The position numbers and the translations under genes were made by a program. DNA of 64,000 nt from a virus (Duplodnaviria > Heunggongvirae > Uroviricota > Caudoviricetes): positions 26,391-90,390 of IMG/VR virus record IMGVR_UViG_3300046513_000108; one strand, written 5' to 3'. Below, one piece after another: positions 36,213 to 45,985 of this stretch. The first letter of the stretch is position 1; every line of letters begins with the position of its first letter. Below the pieces are notes generated by a model. That model saw only the letters and a list, made by a program, of their open reading frames with translations. It had not been told where the DNA came from and did no database searches.

Positions 36213-36773
36213 TTAGTCTGTACGCTTTACTTCATATTTCAACAAAGCTATTACCGCTCGTTCATCAATCTTTCCTTTGTACAATATTGCTAGATATTTA
36301 ATGTAACGTTCTTTCTCTTGTTTGTAAGCATTGAATGCATCTTCGATTGTTGCGAAACTTTCAGCATACCTTGAATGTTCATTATTACACTGTGCAAGGT
36401 AGGGTTTAGACTTGCTACAGACCCTAGTAACCCCAATAGGTAAATCTCCCCGACAAGATGAACGCTTATTGAGTACTTGATTAATCTTACGAGGCAGGAA
36501 CAGGCAAGTATCAGGCCCGTAACACTGGTTCCCATTTACTAACAAGTCTTTATCTAACTGGTAATCGTCTAGAGAAAAACCTATTTGTGAGTTACACCAA
36601 TCCACAAAGAAATCAAAATTTTTAAATTCTTCTGCCATATAACAACCCTTATATGTTGTTAATCTCTCCTGATGTTTCTCTGAACAACGATCCCTCATAT
36701 TAGTCCAAAGCCTAAATTCTTTGGATTGCGGGCCTGTGAAACTACGGGAATATTTACCTTTTCTTTTACTCAC
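36213..36773 (-). CDS. homing-endonuclease-like protein
   Basis: 186 aa with N-terminal GKYSRSFTGPQSKEFRLWTNMRDRC and YKGCYMAEEF; non-coding DNA on both sides. Confidence 0.35.
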   Translation of the reverse strand: MSKRKGKYSRSFTGPQSKEFRLWTNMRDRCSEKHQERLTTYKGCYMAEEFKNFDFFVDWCNSQIGFSLDDYQLDKDLLVNGNQCYGPDTCLFLPRKINQVLNKRSSCRGDLPIGVTRVCSKSKPYLAQCNNEHSRYAESFATIEDAFNAYKQEKERYIKYLAILYKGKIDERAVIALLKYEVKRTD

Positions 36774-37252
36774 TATTTAGTACTTTCTTTATCAATTGAA
36801 AGTACTACTTTAGCATGAGTGTTGCATTCTGTCAATATTTTGCTATCACACTGTTTCTTTGTTTGTCAAGAGATTTTAATAGGTATCCACCATACCTTAT
36901 CAGGGTATTAACAATACACCTAGGCAACACTTCGGAATAGGGGGAGAATAGGACAAGCTAGACAGGCTGTACAAATAGACAGCTAGAGAGACAGGATCGG
37001 AAAGCCCCAAATGGAAATGTTCAAAATGGAATAATACATTGTGGAACTGTCCACATATGAATCTCTGAAAGATGAATCTTTTAAAGATAAATCTTTCAGG
37101 AGTAAACCTTTTAGTTCATTCCTGAAATGCCACATTATTAGGCAGGAGAGGGGTGGAGGGATTCCCTTAGAAGCAAGGGAATTTTTCGGCAGGAATGGGG
37201 AAAATTCTTGAAATCAAAAATCCAATTCTCATTTGCAAACGTAGATAGTTTT

Positions 37253-37471
37253 TCATTTACAAATTACGTTTGCCTCTGTCTCAATCCAAACTCTTGCCCC
37301 ACAACTTAATGGTTTTTCAGAATTATAAATAATTTTACATGGGCCATCAATCTCCACTTCGTGAGCATACGTGTTACTCTTGTATGTCTTCACTGTCAAT
37401 GTAGGATTATTCTCCCCATTAATCCTGTTAGACTTGATGATATGTTGATTGACGTGGATTATTGTCTTCAT
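37253..37471 (-). CDS. hypothetical protein
   Basis: 72 aa. Confidence 0.5.
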   Translation of the reverse strand: MKTIIHVNQHIIKSNRINGENNPTLTVKTYKSNTYAHEVEIDGPCKIIYNSEKPLSCGARVWIETEANVICK

Positions 37472-37474
37472 TGT

Positions 37475-37723
37475 TTAGTTACCTGTCGGATCAAGAAATT
37501 CCCATACTTCCCTTAAAGCTTTAGCAGTACGCCTTGCGATTGGCTTCACATCTCTCATAGTCATTGCTCGCCTACCCCTTGAACCATGCTTTAATTGGTT
37601 GTCAAGAGTGTCCGCATAGGTTTGTGGTTTTCCGTCCGCAATGTCATCTAAGTCGCTGATAGCTTGTGACACAATACCAGACAAAACAAACATTTGATCT
37701 TTCAATTTTTGCAGTTCATCCAT
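37475..37723 (-). CDS. hypothetical protein
   Basis: 82 aa. Confidence 0.5.
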   Translation of the reverse strand: MDELQKLKDQMFVLSGIVSQAISDLDDIADGKPQTYADTLDNQLKHGSRGRRAMTMRDVKPIARRTAKALREVWEFLDPTGN

Positions 37724-37725
37724 AA

Positions 37726-37908
37726 TTACTCCTCTCTCACAACAAACACAACATGCCCCATCCTACGCTTGCTTGTCACTGTGTAAGGTACACCATCGCC
37801 ATTACAATCAATGAATCGTTGAATAGCGGCCTGTTTAGCACGTTCTATATGGCATTCTATAACGTCCTTTAAAGCCTTCTGTTCGGCAGTGTAATAGAGT
37901 GCCATCAT
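37726..37908 (-). CDS. hypothetical protein
   Basis: 60 aa. Confidence 0.45.
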   Translation of the reverse strand: MMALYYTAEQKALKDVIECHIERAKQAAIQRFIDCNGDGVPYTVTSKRRMGHVVFVVREE

Positions 37909-38087
37909 GTCACCTCATCAAGCCAATCAGCAAACAACCATGTAGCTGTACATACATTCAGAAAACCTATCCACAACCCAGAAGACAGCATTATCAATGC
38001 AAATAGTACATTCATGGTAAACCAGAAAGTTCTTGTATAGTTCATTATTCCCAATCCTTTCATTATGCCACTATATGTTTCAATCAA
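37905..38087 (-). CDS. small membrane protein
   Basis: 60 aa, hydrophobic. Confidence 0.45.
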   Translation of the reverse strand: MIETYSGIMKGLGIMNYTRTFWFTMNVLFALIMLSSGLWIGFLNVCTATWLFADWLDEVT

Positions 38088-38226
38088 TGTCCTTCAGCAC
38101 TTCTAGCAAATCTGTAACTAGCTCCTGTGCTTCTTCGACAGTGAGGCTGAGAACATCTACATAATCATATGTACGAGGAATATTAATGACAATGTTGTTA
38201 TTGTTATATGAAATAATTGTTTCCAT
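38077..38226 (-). CDS. small acidic protein (49 aa)
   Basis: TAATG coupling to the upstream gene. Confidence 0.3.
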
Positions 38227-38423
38227 TATACAGGCCCAAAGTGAATACGTGTAGCTTCTTCCAGAAATTCATCAATCTTAATTTCAGCATCTGCACAAGT
38301 GTTCTCGTAACTCTGCCATGTACGAGGGTTATAACGTCGAGCATACATCAAATCCCGTTTAAGGCTCTGCAACAGGATACATGCACGAATCTTGAATTCT
38401 TCATCGCTGATGGTAATTCTCAT
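38226..38423 (-). CDS. hypothetical protein
   Basis: 65 aa. Confidence 0.5.
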   Translation of the reverse strand: MRITISDEEFKIRACILLQSLKRDLMYARRYNPRTWQSYENTCADAEIKIDEFLEEATRIHFGPV

Positions 38424-38713
38424 ACATCTTCTCCAAGCTCTTTAAGCGCTGCACAAGCAATATTTCTGGCTTCTTCAATTTCATCCCAATCCCCGCCATA
38501 CATTTTATCTTCGATAGCAGCTACAGCCTTCAAAGCCTCTACAAGCTTCTTATTGGCTTCGACTAGGAACCTATCACGCTCAATAAGTGATTGTGTAATT
38601 TCTTCAATTTTCCTGTCAATCCTGTCTACACAAGGCTGATTACTCCGATAGTCGTAGTAGGAACGATCTTCCCGAAGTGCTGAAAGATTATCTAAGAATT
38701 CTTTTGGTTTCAC
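38420..38713 (-). CDS. hypothetical protein
   Basis: 97 aa. Confidence 0.5.
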   Translation of the reverse strand: MKPKEFLDNLSALREDRSYYDYRSNQPCVDRIDRKIEEITQSLIERDRFLVEANKKLVEALKAVAAIEDKMYGGDWDEIEEARNIACAALKELGEDV

Positions 38714-38964
38714 AAATCCTCTCCAATGTCTTTAAGTGCCTGTGTGGCAATATCTGCCATGTACTCGCTTGCATGACCTAGTTTTGACAAACGTTTCAAA
38801 GCCTCTACAAGCTTCTTATCACGCTCTAGCAGTTGCTTTTCAAGTTCCTCAGATTGATTGTAAGGAACCTCATATTCCACATTAGAGAATTCATCCCCGG
38901 ACAACATACCACAACGGAATGTTGCATCAGAGAATTGATGAATCAAATCTTCATGTTTGCTCAT
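38710..38964 (-). CDS. hypothetical protein
   Basis: 84 aa; the C-terminus (…ALKDIGEDL) is paralogous to the previous gene (…ALKELGEDV). Confidence 0.5.
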   Translation of the reverse strand: MSKHEDLIHQFSDATFRCGMLSGDEFSNVEYEVPYNQSEELEKQLLERDKKLVEALKRLSKLGHASEYMADIATQALKDIGEDL

Positions 38965-39347
38965 TTACCCTCATCCTCCAGAGCCGCCTCAATAGCCCTA
39001 TCATACATGGCAAGAACATCTTTATGTGTATGTTTGTCGTTGTATTGTGCAACGAAGCCATGTAAAAAATCTGTCTCGTCACGCACCCTGATATCCTCTA
39101 TGAATTCTTGTGGTATAGCCTCAACTAAATATTGAATAGGGCCACTAGGGCCGATGCTGTTAACATCCCAAGCAATGACACTTGGAGGGGCCACCACTTG
39201 AATAGCACCGAGAGAACAAAAGGAACAAGCTTCACGATAATTCCAAGCAGCATAGCCTTTAGCATCTCGCGTAAACTCACCCTGAGTCCAAGCAGCTTCA
39301 TCTGCAATTTTAGCTCGTGCAGCAATAAGAATTTCTGAAATTTTCAT
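38961..39347 (-). CDS. hypothetical protein
   Basis: 128 aa. Confidence 0.55.
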   Translation of the reverse strand: MKISEILIAARAKIADEAAWTQGEFTRDAKGYAAWNYREACSFCSLGAIQVVAPPSVIAWDVNSIGPSGPIQYLVEAIPQEFIEDIRVRDETDFLHGFVAQYNDKHTHKDVLAMYDRAIEAALEDEGK

Positions 39348-39524
39348 TTAATCCTCCAGCCTCTTAGCAATTTCATTAAACATCTTTTTCATCTCTTCCT
39401 CATCTGTGAAAGTGATTGACCAGAAAACATCAGGGACACGAGAATAGATGTACATTTTAAGTCCATCCATACAGACAGAGAGAATGTCTTTTGCAGCAAT
39501 ACATAGGGAATTTTGAATAATCAT
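39348..39524 (-). CDS. small protein (58 aa)
   Basis: coupled to both neighbours (TAATG and ATGA overlaps). Confidence 0.35.
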   Translation of the reverse strand: MIIQNSLCIAAKDILSVCMDGLKMYIYSRVPDVFWSITFTDEEEMKKMFNEIAKRLED

Positions 39525-39853
39525 TTATTGTTGCTCTCAGGCCAATATTTAGGATTGGCTTCAAGAAACTTTGTAACAGATTCTTTAGCCTCTTGCAGCG
39601 TGGCAAATCTTTGTTTCAATGTACGCCATTTGAAAGCATGTTCTACAGACCAATCAGCAATACACACTGTTAATTCTTTATGCTTGCCCGTCTTGACATC
39701 TGCTGGTCTATAATCATCCTCGCAATAGATAGCAACAGCAGCCTTGTCTTCCTCACCGCTACTACCAACGTAACGAGCACTAGGCCATCCCCGCTTCTGA
39801 AAGCTTTGATAGCGGCCTGTAGGGGCTTCTTCCACTTTCCATTTTAATTTCAT
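39521..39853 (-). CDS. hypothetical protein
   Basis: 110 aa. Confidence 0.55.
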   Translation of the reverse strand: MKLKWKVEEAPTGRYQSFQKRGWPSARYVGSSGEEDKAAVAIYCEDDYRPADVKTGKHKELTVCIADWSVEHAFKWRTLKQRFATLQEAKESVTKFLEANPKYWPESNNK

Positions 39854-40252
39854 TCACTCCACCTCAACAATTTTAACATCATAGCCATTGAAACCAGACA
39901 CACAGTAAGGCTTGCCATGTATCGACACACCAGCATAATTGCTAGCACCTTGTGTGCTGCCATAGATACCTGCCTGAGTCATGATGTAGTCAATTGCATC
40001 AGAAAGGTACCAGAATACTTTGTGGAAATTCATAGGCCCGCGTCCTTCTGTGAAGTCAGCATTCTTCGTTACAATCACAACATGGTTTTCTGCACTCGGA
40101 ATAACAATATCCCCTTCAAAAAAGAGATGTTGTCCATTGTGCTCAACGTGGGTGAATTGCAAGGATTTATGTTCTTTAGAAATGTTTACAATTTCTTTTT
40201 CTTTATGGCACAGGGTGAGCATTGCTGTGCCAGAGATGACTTCGATTTTCAT
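39854..40252 (-). CDS. hypothetical protein
   Basis: internal ATG with GGAGAG RBS; 132 aa. Confidence 0.5.
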   Translation of the reverse strand: MKIEVISGTAMLTLCHKEKEIVNISKEHKSLQFTHVEHNGQHLFFEGDIVIPSAENHVVIVTKNADFTEGRGPMNFHKVFWYLSDAIDYIMTQAGIYGSTQGASNYAGVSIHGKPYCVSGFNGYDVKIVEVE

Positions 40253-40311
40253 GTAACTCTCCAATATCTTGTTTGTCGTTAAGGCTATGTTAGGGGATTT
40301 TTGAGGATGTG

Positions 40312-40470
40312 TCAAGGGGTTCCACACCACCAGACATTACTCTGATATTTATAATCCTTGTAAGCTTCAAGTGGTGTTCTCCCACAGCCAAGCCTACTAT
40401 TGAATTCCAATGAGCAATACCACATGCCACCACGCTTACGGATATGTGGCTTTCGATTAGTCGGCATCAT
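40312..40470 (-). CDS. small Cys-containing protein (52 aa)
   Basis: weak call. Confidence 0.25.
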   Translation of the reverse strand: MMPTNRKPHIRKRGGMWYCSLEFNSRLGCGRTPLEAYKDYKYQSNVWWCGTP

Positions 40471-40712
40471 TTTACACCCCTCTTAGCTTCTTTATATTTA
40501 GCCATGAAAGATTCCTTCTCTTCTCTCCAGATGACATATCCTTCGGAATACTTTCCTCCAAACATCGTGTCATCCTGTGGGCAGGAATCATTCTGGTAGA
40601 ATTCGTCTAGCACACCACAGATAGCCCTAACAGCTTCTTTGTCACCTTCTACAATCATCCACACCATGCCACGCTCAAAGGAGCCTTCTTTCTTTTGTTC
40701 GTATGCTTTCAT
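40467..40712 (-). CDS. hypothetical protein
   Basis: AAGGAGAA RBS; 81 aa. Confidence 0.5.
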   Translation of the reverse strand: MKAYEQKKEGSFERGMVWMIVEGDKEAVRAICGVLDEFYQNDSCPQDDTMFGGKYSEGYVIWREEKESFMAKYKEAKRGVK

Positions 40713-41347
40713 ATTGTTCTCCTTGGTTGATGTATGTATTGTAGGAGGGATGGGGGAGGATGTCAAGCCCTAAAACGGGCATCCTGCTTCATCGTATTCT
40801 TTCTGGTTGTACACTCGTACTCCTTCAAACCACATAGGACTTCCATCAGGATTAGTTTGTCTTTCTTCCTTATAAATGCAAAAAGGCCGACTCTACGTTA
40901 GTAGTAATCAGCCTCGTATGCTCAGTGTATAACTTCTTAAATTGTCTGTATCCTTATAGAATACTTATAATATAATATGCAATCTGGTGAAAATACTCAC
41001 TCCCTACTCAATAGCCCCCCAAACCCCCCACAGAGCTTGGCTCGATATGGAAGAATTCGGAAGATGCTATTGAGTAAGAAGGAAGATATGCAATCTGGAG
41101 CCAAATGACCCACTCTCCTACTCTGTCGCCCCCATCCAATTTCTTAGATGTCGCCATTGTACACGAACAGTCCTACTCTGTCAAGTAGAGTTTTCAGCAA
41201 TTTATCCTACAAACAAGAGGAAAGACAGCAACATTCTGCTACAGAATAGAGAGACACTAATAAAATCTACTAAGAATCAATCATCTTGTAGCATAAAACT
41301 ACTTATTTTCCACAAAAGCGACATGGAATACCAGAATTGTGACATAC

Positions 41348-41521
41348 CTACCCCACGTAATCCACCAAATCACAAACATTCTGAAACCACACTGAGCGCA
41401 ACGAAATTTCAGGAAGAGGATTGTACATATATCCTCCCTGCATTTTTACAACAAAGCCGATAGTTTCCCCATCCTGCAACACTGTTGTCGCTCCCGGTTT
41501 GTCTGTACGGAATGTAATCAT
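41348..41521 (-). CDS. small protein
   Basis: 57 aa. Confidence 0.4.
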   Translation of the reverse strand: MITFRTDKPGATTVLQDGETIGFVVKMQGGYMYNPLPEISLRSVWFQNVCDLVDYVG

Positions 41522-41522
41522 A

Positions 41523-41699
41523 TCACCCCCACAACTCAACAGAAGTTACATAATATACAACATGCTCATGTCTGTTAGTCCTGTTGTACTCTGCACAATC
41601 AGTTTCTGCTTTGTCTTTGTCAAGATATGCAGCCTTGATGATGCTGTCATAGTCTGGATAATTGTTATACTCATACATCAACAGATAAACACTCTTCAT
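41523..41699 (-). CDS. small protein (58 aa)
   Basis: GGAGGGG RBS. Confidence 0.4.
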   Translation of the reverse strand: MKSVYLLMYEYNNYPDYDSIIKAAYLDKDKAETDCAEYNRTNRHEHVVYYVTSVELWG

Positions 41700-41786
41700 A
41701 AAACCCCTCCAAAACGCATCAGAACGCTCTCAGTTGAACGAACACATGCCTGTCAATACCAGCCTAGCCTAAACAAAGAAAACGCC

Positions 41787-42026
41787 TTATAGAGCCTCTA
41801 AACGCTTCTTCTCACTCTCCGTTCTTTCTTGCTCTTTAGAAAGAACCACCCACCTACCCAATCCCGGCAGATGATGATTTTTCACATATTCCATTTCTTC
41901 TTTCGTATGCTGTTGTGCATCATCAAGATTTTTAGAATATTCTGCAAATGTACCGCCAACATTGAGAAATTTCAAATAATAGAGTTCTCCGTCTTTCAGT
42001 TTGGTACGGACAATATACATTTTCAT
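41787..42026 (-). CDS. hypothetical protein
   Basis: start at MKMYIVRT; 79 aa. Confidence 0.45.
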   Translation of the reverse strand: MKMYIVRTKLKDGELYYLKFLNVGGTFAEYSKNLDDAQQHTKEEMEYVKNHHLPGLGRWVVLSKEQERTESEKKRLEAL

Positions 42027-42027
42027 T

Positions 42028-42264
42028 TCAGTCCACCTCAATATGAATCGTTCCCCGGAAAGGAATAAACAAATCTTTAAGATAATTGCCACCAGAGATG
42101 CGGGAGCCTGTCAAATCAATAGCCCAGAATGTCCCTTCCTGATCATCGTCGTAGTTACGAGCAATGCATGTCACCATATAAACATTGTTAGGATTGTCTT
42201 TAAGGACAACGAATGCACCTTCATGGAAAACATCTTCTTTGTATGTTGCTGTCACTTTAGTCAT
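42028..42264 (-). CDS. hypothetical protein
   Basis: 78 aa. Confidence 0.5.
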   Translation of the reverse strand: MTKVTATYKEDVFHEGAFVVLKDNPNNVYMVTCIARNYDDDQEGTFWAIDLTGSRISGGNYLKDLFIPFRGTIHIEVD

Positions 42265-42363
42265 TTCTTACCCCAGAATATCCAACAAAGAAAATCATCC
42301 AATAATTCTAACACTTTCCACAATCCAAAAGGAGAGAGTGCCACAACAATAAAATCAGTCATT

Positions 42364-42723
42364 TTAAGTACCTCTATTATCTACACCGCTTATATTAAGG
42401 AAAGTTTCTGTTTCCTTAGGCTTCCACAGCTTTGCAAATTTCAGCACATTAGGAACCTCTTCCCTAGGACACACTACAGCACAGGCTTTCCTGCCCTCTA
42501 GAGTGCTATTCTCGTGTGCTAGGTAGACATTCGGCAACGCCGATATTTTGTCCCATTCTTTTTGATTGACGCGGACAACACATTTCTTGAAGGAAGTTTT
42601 GTGCCAAGCATGATAGTACATATTAACACAGAATTCCTCGTGAGCACCCAACACAGCATGAGCCACAAGTGTTGGCACCATAAAATCAGGAAACTGATCT
42701 AGAACAGCAATATACATTTTCAT
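42364..42723 (-). CDS. PTH2-like peptidyl-tRNA hydrolase (putative)
   Basis: 119 aa; KMYIAVLD…TLVAHAVLGA… and …ACAVVCPREEVPNVLKFAKLW align by eye with PTH2 blocks KMvlVVR.DL…AAQcsHAAV and …TVLaIGPgP…vtghLKL. Confidence 0.4.
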   Translation of the reverse strand: MKMYIAVLDQFPDFMVPTLVAHAVLGAHEEFCVNMYYHAWHKTSFKKCVVRVNQKEWDKISALPNVYLAHENSTLEGRKACAVVCPREEVPNVLKFAKLWKPKETETFLNISGVDNRGT

Positions 42724-43046
42724 GGCTTCGCTCCATAAGCTGCGAGCATCCACTCAATCCAAGCTAGGCGAGTGCGACGAATCTTGTCTGTATTAGACAC
42801 TTTAGCCCATTTAAGATTTTCTTTATCAACCAACCAATTATCCAAGAAAGTATAACCCTTAAGAGCTTTGGAAATATAATTTGTAAGATAGTACACTGCT
42901 TTCTGAGACTTTTTTGAATTATCTACTTTGAAGTAGTAGTCATTAAGAGCATAACAAATATAGTAACTGCAATCATTTTTAATTTGTTTGTAAGCCCATT
43001 GCAAAGCTGCAATTTTGTGTTCTTTGATTGTCTTTTCTTTAGACAT
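42720..43046 (-). CDS. hypothetical protein
   Basis: 108 aa. Confidence 0.5.
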   Translation of the reverse strand: MSKEKTIKEHKIAALQWAYKQIKNDCSYYICYALNDYYFKVDNSKKSQKAVYYLTNYISKALKGYTFLDNWLVDKENLKWAKVSNTDKIRRTRLAWIEWMLAAYGAKP

Positions 43047-43230
43047 TTTTCAAAACCTCCAGCAGCTTATGTGCATCGACTACAGAAATAACTTTATATA
43101 CATTCTCATGGTTGCCAGAGAAATGTACATATTTAGAGTCATGGCAATATTCAATATCCACTGTAGCATCCTCAATAGCTTTAATCAAGGATTGTTTGTC
43201 AATGAATTGTGCTTCTTGTGTCATTTGCAA
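43039..43230 (-). CDS. hypothetical protein
   Basis: 63 aa. Confidence 0.45.
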   Translation of the reverse strand: MQMTQEAQFIDKQSLIKAIEDATVDIEYCHDSKYVHFSGNHENVYKVISVVDAHKLLEVLKNV

Positions 43231-43466
43231 GCCTTTCCCTTCCCGTATTCGTCCATCACTTGCTTGACATTGCCATCCTGCCCAAGAACGAACGTATAAC
43301 CACCTACGCAGCGTGTCTCAATCATACCATTGAAACCCACAGAGAGGTTGTTAGGATTGCCCTGAGACACGTCATAGATAGTGATGCCGATGATTGCAGC
43401 GAACACTACAGCGATGATAATCTGCACAATAGTGAAAACTACGCTGAATGCTTTATGTGTGTTCAT
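43221..43466 (-). CDS. small membrane protein
   Basis: 81 aa with an N-terminal TM helix. Confidence 0.5.
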   Translation of the reverse strand: MNTHKAFSVVFTIVQIIIAVVFAAIIGITIYDVSQGNPNNLSVGFNGMIETRCVGGYTFVLGQDGNVKQVMDEYGKGKACK

Positions 43467-43600
43467 TTCTTAGTTTCCTTTTGAGGCTCATCCTCATTAA
43501 TAATGCTATCAAGTTTTTGGTGGATAACTTGCAAAACCTTTCCACCAATTTCCTGTGCTTGGAGAATACTAATCAAATATACAATAAATGCGAGAGACAT
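43463..43600 (-). CDS. small membrane protein (45 aa)
   Basis: coupled to both neighbours. Confidence 0.3.
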   Translation of the reverse strand: MSLAFIVYLISILQAQEIGGKVLQVIHQKLDSIINEDEPQKETKK

Positions 43601-44232
43601 TATTTAGTTCCTTTCAGAGATTCTTTATAAGTTTTAACAACATCTTTTGCAATAGATTTTTCAGTGTAAACTCCGAAGGTAAATTCTTGAATACCTTTCA
43701 GAATCAATTCCGCTACAACCTCTGTCGGAATAACGTCTCCGTCTGCAATGGAGCGAGCAATAGCAATATTAGCGAACTCTCGCAAGCCACCTGTGCCATA
43801 TGCAGTAGTTTTCCAAGCACAATTGATATCTCCGTCTGTAAGCTGTGTTTCAACAACAGGCTTCTGCGAGGGCCACGAGCAAACCCCCCATTCATAGACA
43901 GCATTCAAATGTACATGCAAACTCACTTCAAATTCATTTCCAAAGGAGTTTAGAAGCTTGTCACCAACAAATACTGACTTACCTTCCACATAGCCGAGAG
44001 GGGCTAGGAACAGGTTTTCGTCCCCTCTACCACTATTCCACATTTTACCATTTTCATAGTAGAAATAGGGGCGCTCTCCGTTAGGCATTGCCACCACTTT
44101 TGCATCATCATCCTTAGAATCCGGTACATGTGCAATAAACTTCACCTCCCGGCCAGCGCGTGTTGTCAGAGGATGCCCGCTTTTAGCAGCATCTAAGGAG
44201 AATGCACGCATATTTTCTGGAATGTTACTCAT
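43600..44232 (-). CDS. hypothetical protein
   Basis: start at MSNIPEN with GGAG RBS; 210 aa. Confidence 0.55.
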   Translation of the reverse strand: MSNIPENMRAFSLDAAKSGHPLTTRAGREVKFIAHVPDSKDDDAKVVAMPNGERPYFYYENGKMWNSGRGDENLFLAPLGYVEGKSVFVGDKLLNSFGNEFEVSLHVHLNAVYEWGVCSWPSQKPVVETQLTDGDINCAWKTTAYGTGGLREFANIAIARSIADGDVIPTEVVAELILKGIQEFTFGVYTEKSIAKDVVKTYKESLKGTK

Positions 44233-44384
44233 AGCTCCACGCTCCAATAAAATCCCTTGTTCTGCTGCACAGCAAGCCAATGCGAGAATTCTTGAGGAAA
44301 ACTGTCCGCATCACCTACAACGAATTCGCTTGCGAAGGCACGTTTAGCAGCATCTATAATTGCTTGTTTGGACATGATGTGCAT
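44229..44384 (-). CDS. small protein (51 aa)
   Basis: GGAGGATTGATT RBS. Confidence 0.3.
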   Translation of the reverse strand: MHIMSKQAIIDAAKRAFASEFVVGDADSFPQEFSHWLAVQQNKGFYWSVEL

Positions 44385-44386
44385 AA

Positions 44387-44581
44387 TCAATCCTCCACAA
44401 CAATATTGATAAAATCGTTCTTCGCAAGCTCTTTGATCTTGTCGAAAGTGTCTTTGTTTCCCATTTCATGAGTCCAAACAGGACGGCCCATAATTTCTTC
44501 AACATATTTGTGTAATTCGGAGAAACTACCGAGCAAGAAGCCAGTGTAGGCACTAACAATAGCTGCTTCACGTTTGTTCAT
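44387..44581 (-). CDS. hypothetical protein
   Basis: 64 aa. Confidence 0.45.
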   Translation of the reverse strand: MNKREAAIVSAYTGFLLGSFSELHKYVEEIMGRPVWTHEMGNKDTFDKIKELAKNDFINIVVED

Positions 44582-44790
44582 TATGCAGCCTCCAGCATCG
44601 TTTCGTACAGATCAACTTGCCCACAGACGGTGGTAGCTTGTACGAAGTCTTTTGCATGAATTGCCTTAACAACAGGCTTCAGTTCACGAGCATAGCGACG
44701 GCCTTTAGGAGCCTCCGCACCAGCATCGACAAGCTTGTGGGCCTTCAGGGAGGAACGGGCAGCGTTACGTGTGACAAAATACAGTTTCAT
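44581..44790 (-). CDS. basic hypothetical protein
   Basis: 69 aa. Confidence 0.45.
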   Translation of the reverse strand: MKLYFVTRNAARSSLKAHKLVDAGAEAPKGRRYARELKPVVKAIHAKDFVQATTVCGQVDLYETMLEAA

Positions 44791-44791
44791 T

Positions 44792-45043
44792 TTATTTCCC
44801 CTTATTTTCTTTAATGAATTCAGTGATTTGTTTCTCAACACCTTGAATCAAAGTTTCTCTTGATTGATGCTGTTTGTTATTTATTTCAAAAATATGCATT
44901 TCAACCAGATTTTGAAGCATAAACTTAGGGCTGTTCCCAGCAAAAGATTTTAAAGCCCCCTCTACACTGACGCATGATGTAAGAAAGTCACCCCATCTTA
45001 CGCCATCACTGGCAGAATTGAAAGTATATCGAATGCGAATCAT
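44792..45043 (-). CDS. hypothetical protein
   Basis: 83 aa. Confidence 0.5.
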   Translation of the reverse strand: MIRIRYTFNSASDGVRWGDFLTSCVSVEGALKSFAGNSPKFMLQNLVEMHIFEINNKQHQSRETLIQGVEKQITEFIKENKGK

Positions 45044-45088
45044 GTAAAGCTCCGTTTGTTTGTCTATGTATCCATCTTAGGACGTTAC

Positions 45089-45271
45089 AAGATCACTGTC
45101 AAGCACTTTTATAAATTATTCTCCAACCCAACGATATCCCATCTTTTCCGCTGTAGTGTTACACTCTTGCCGCGTTGCTTTAGTGCAAATCACAGAATCG
45201 TCTTCGTGACCCTCATAATAGTAGTCATAAGCTATCCACACACCGTTAGAGAATTCTAGATCAAAATACAT
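45089..45271 (-). CDS. small protein (60 aa)
   Basis: GGAAGGAAA RBS. Confidence 0.35.
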
Positions 45272-45272
45272 A

Positions 45273-45527
45273 TTAGTTTTCCTTCCGCTTAGGCTTCAAA
45301 ATTTCCTGAATAATTTCCTCTTGCACGTTGCAGCTTTTTAGCTGTGCTGTCAATTCTGCCCGTAGAGGATGATTTGCCCACAGCCTCACTTTCGATAGCA
45401 GCTTGCATTCGTCGCTACGAACACGAGCTAGGATGGTGCCGTTAGAGTTTTTGACAGTGATGGAGCTAGGCTGTTTGGACGATGAGTTTGAGCTACTGAC
45501 AATGTAGCCTTGAATGAGTTCAGCCAT
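45273..45527 (-). CDS. hypothetical protein
   Basis: 84 aa. Confidence 0.5.
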   Translation of the reverse strand: MAELIQGYIVSSSNSSSKQPSSITVKNSNGTILARVRSDECKLLSKVRLWANHPLRAELTAQLKSCNVQEEIIQEILKPKRKEN

Positions 45528-45708
45528 GGCTAGTACCTTTTAATATTTGTTCTGCTGTCCAAGAATCACCGCATTGTGTCTGATTACCATCATCACAGCC
45601 TCTGCGCCATTCTACAGCAGCATGGGTCAGACGATTAGCAAAAGGGCAATCTTCCCAACCCCTGCCAAGTGTCCCGGCAATAAATCCTGCTAAATATGCT
45701 TTGGTCAT
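45520..45708 (-). CDS. hypothetical protein
   Basis: 62 aa. Confidence 0.45.
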   Translation of the reverse strand: MTKAYLAGFIAGTLGRGWEDCPFANRLTHAAVEWRRGCDDGNQTQCGDSWTAEQILKGTSHG

Positions 45709-45790
45709 GTTATTTCCCCTTAACGTTTCGTATTGAATGGAAATCCAAGCTCTCGTCGGGCTTGTTCGTGTTCTGATTGGCTCATGATGA

Positions 45791-45985
45791 CTACTCCCTG
45801 AAATGATTCGTCACATTGATAATTGTAGAACTGTTAAAATGCTCTGCAATATCTTCTAAAGAAATGTTTTCGCTGTGGTTCATGTACTTCCATTCCGCAC
45901 TAACAAGGCGGCGCACAGTGCTTTCCACAATACGATACTCCCATCCGTCTACAACTTCACGAATAAGCATGATATGTTTTTTCAT
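45791..45985 (-). CDS. hypothetical protein
   Basis: 64 aa. Confidence 0.45.
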   Translation of the reverse strand: MKKHIMLIREVVDGWEYRIVESTVRRLVSAEWKYMNHSENISLEDIAEHFNSSTIINVTNHFRE

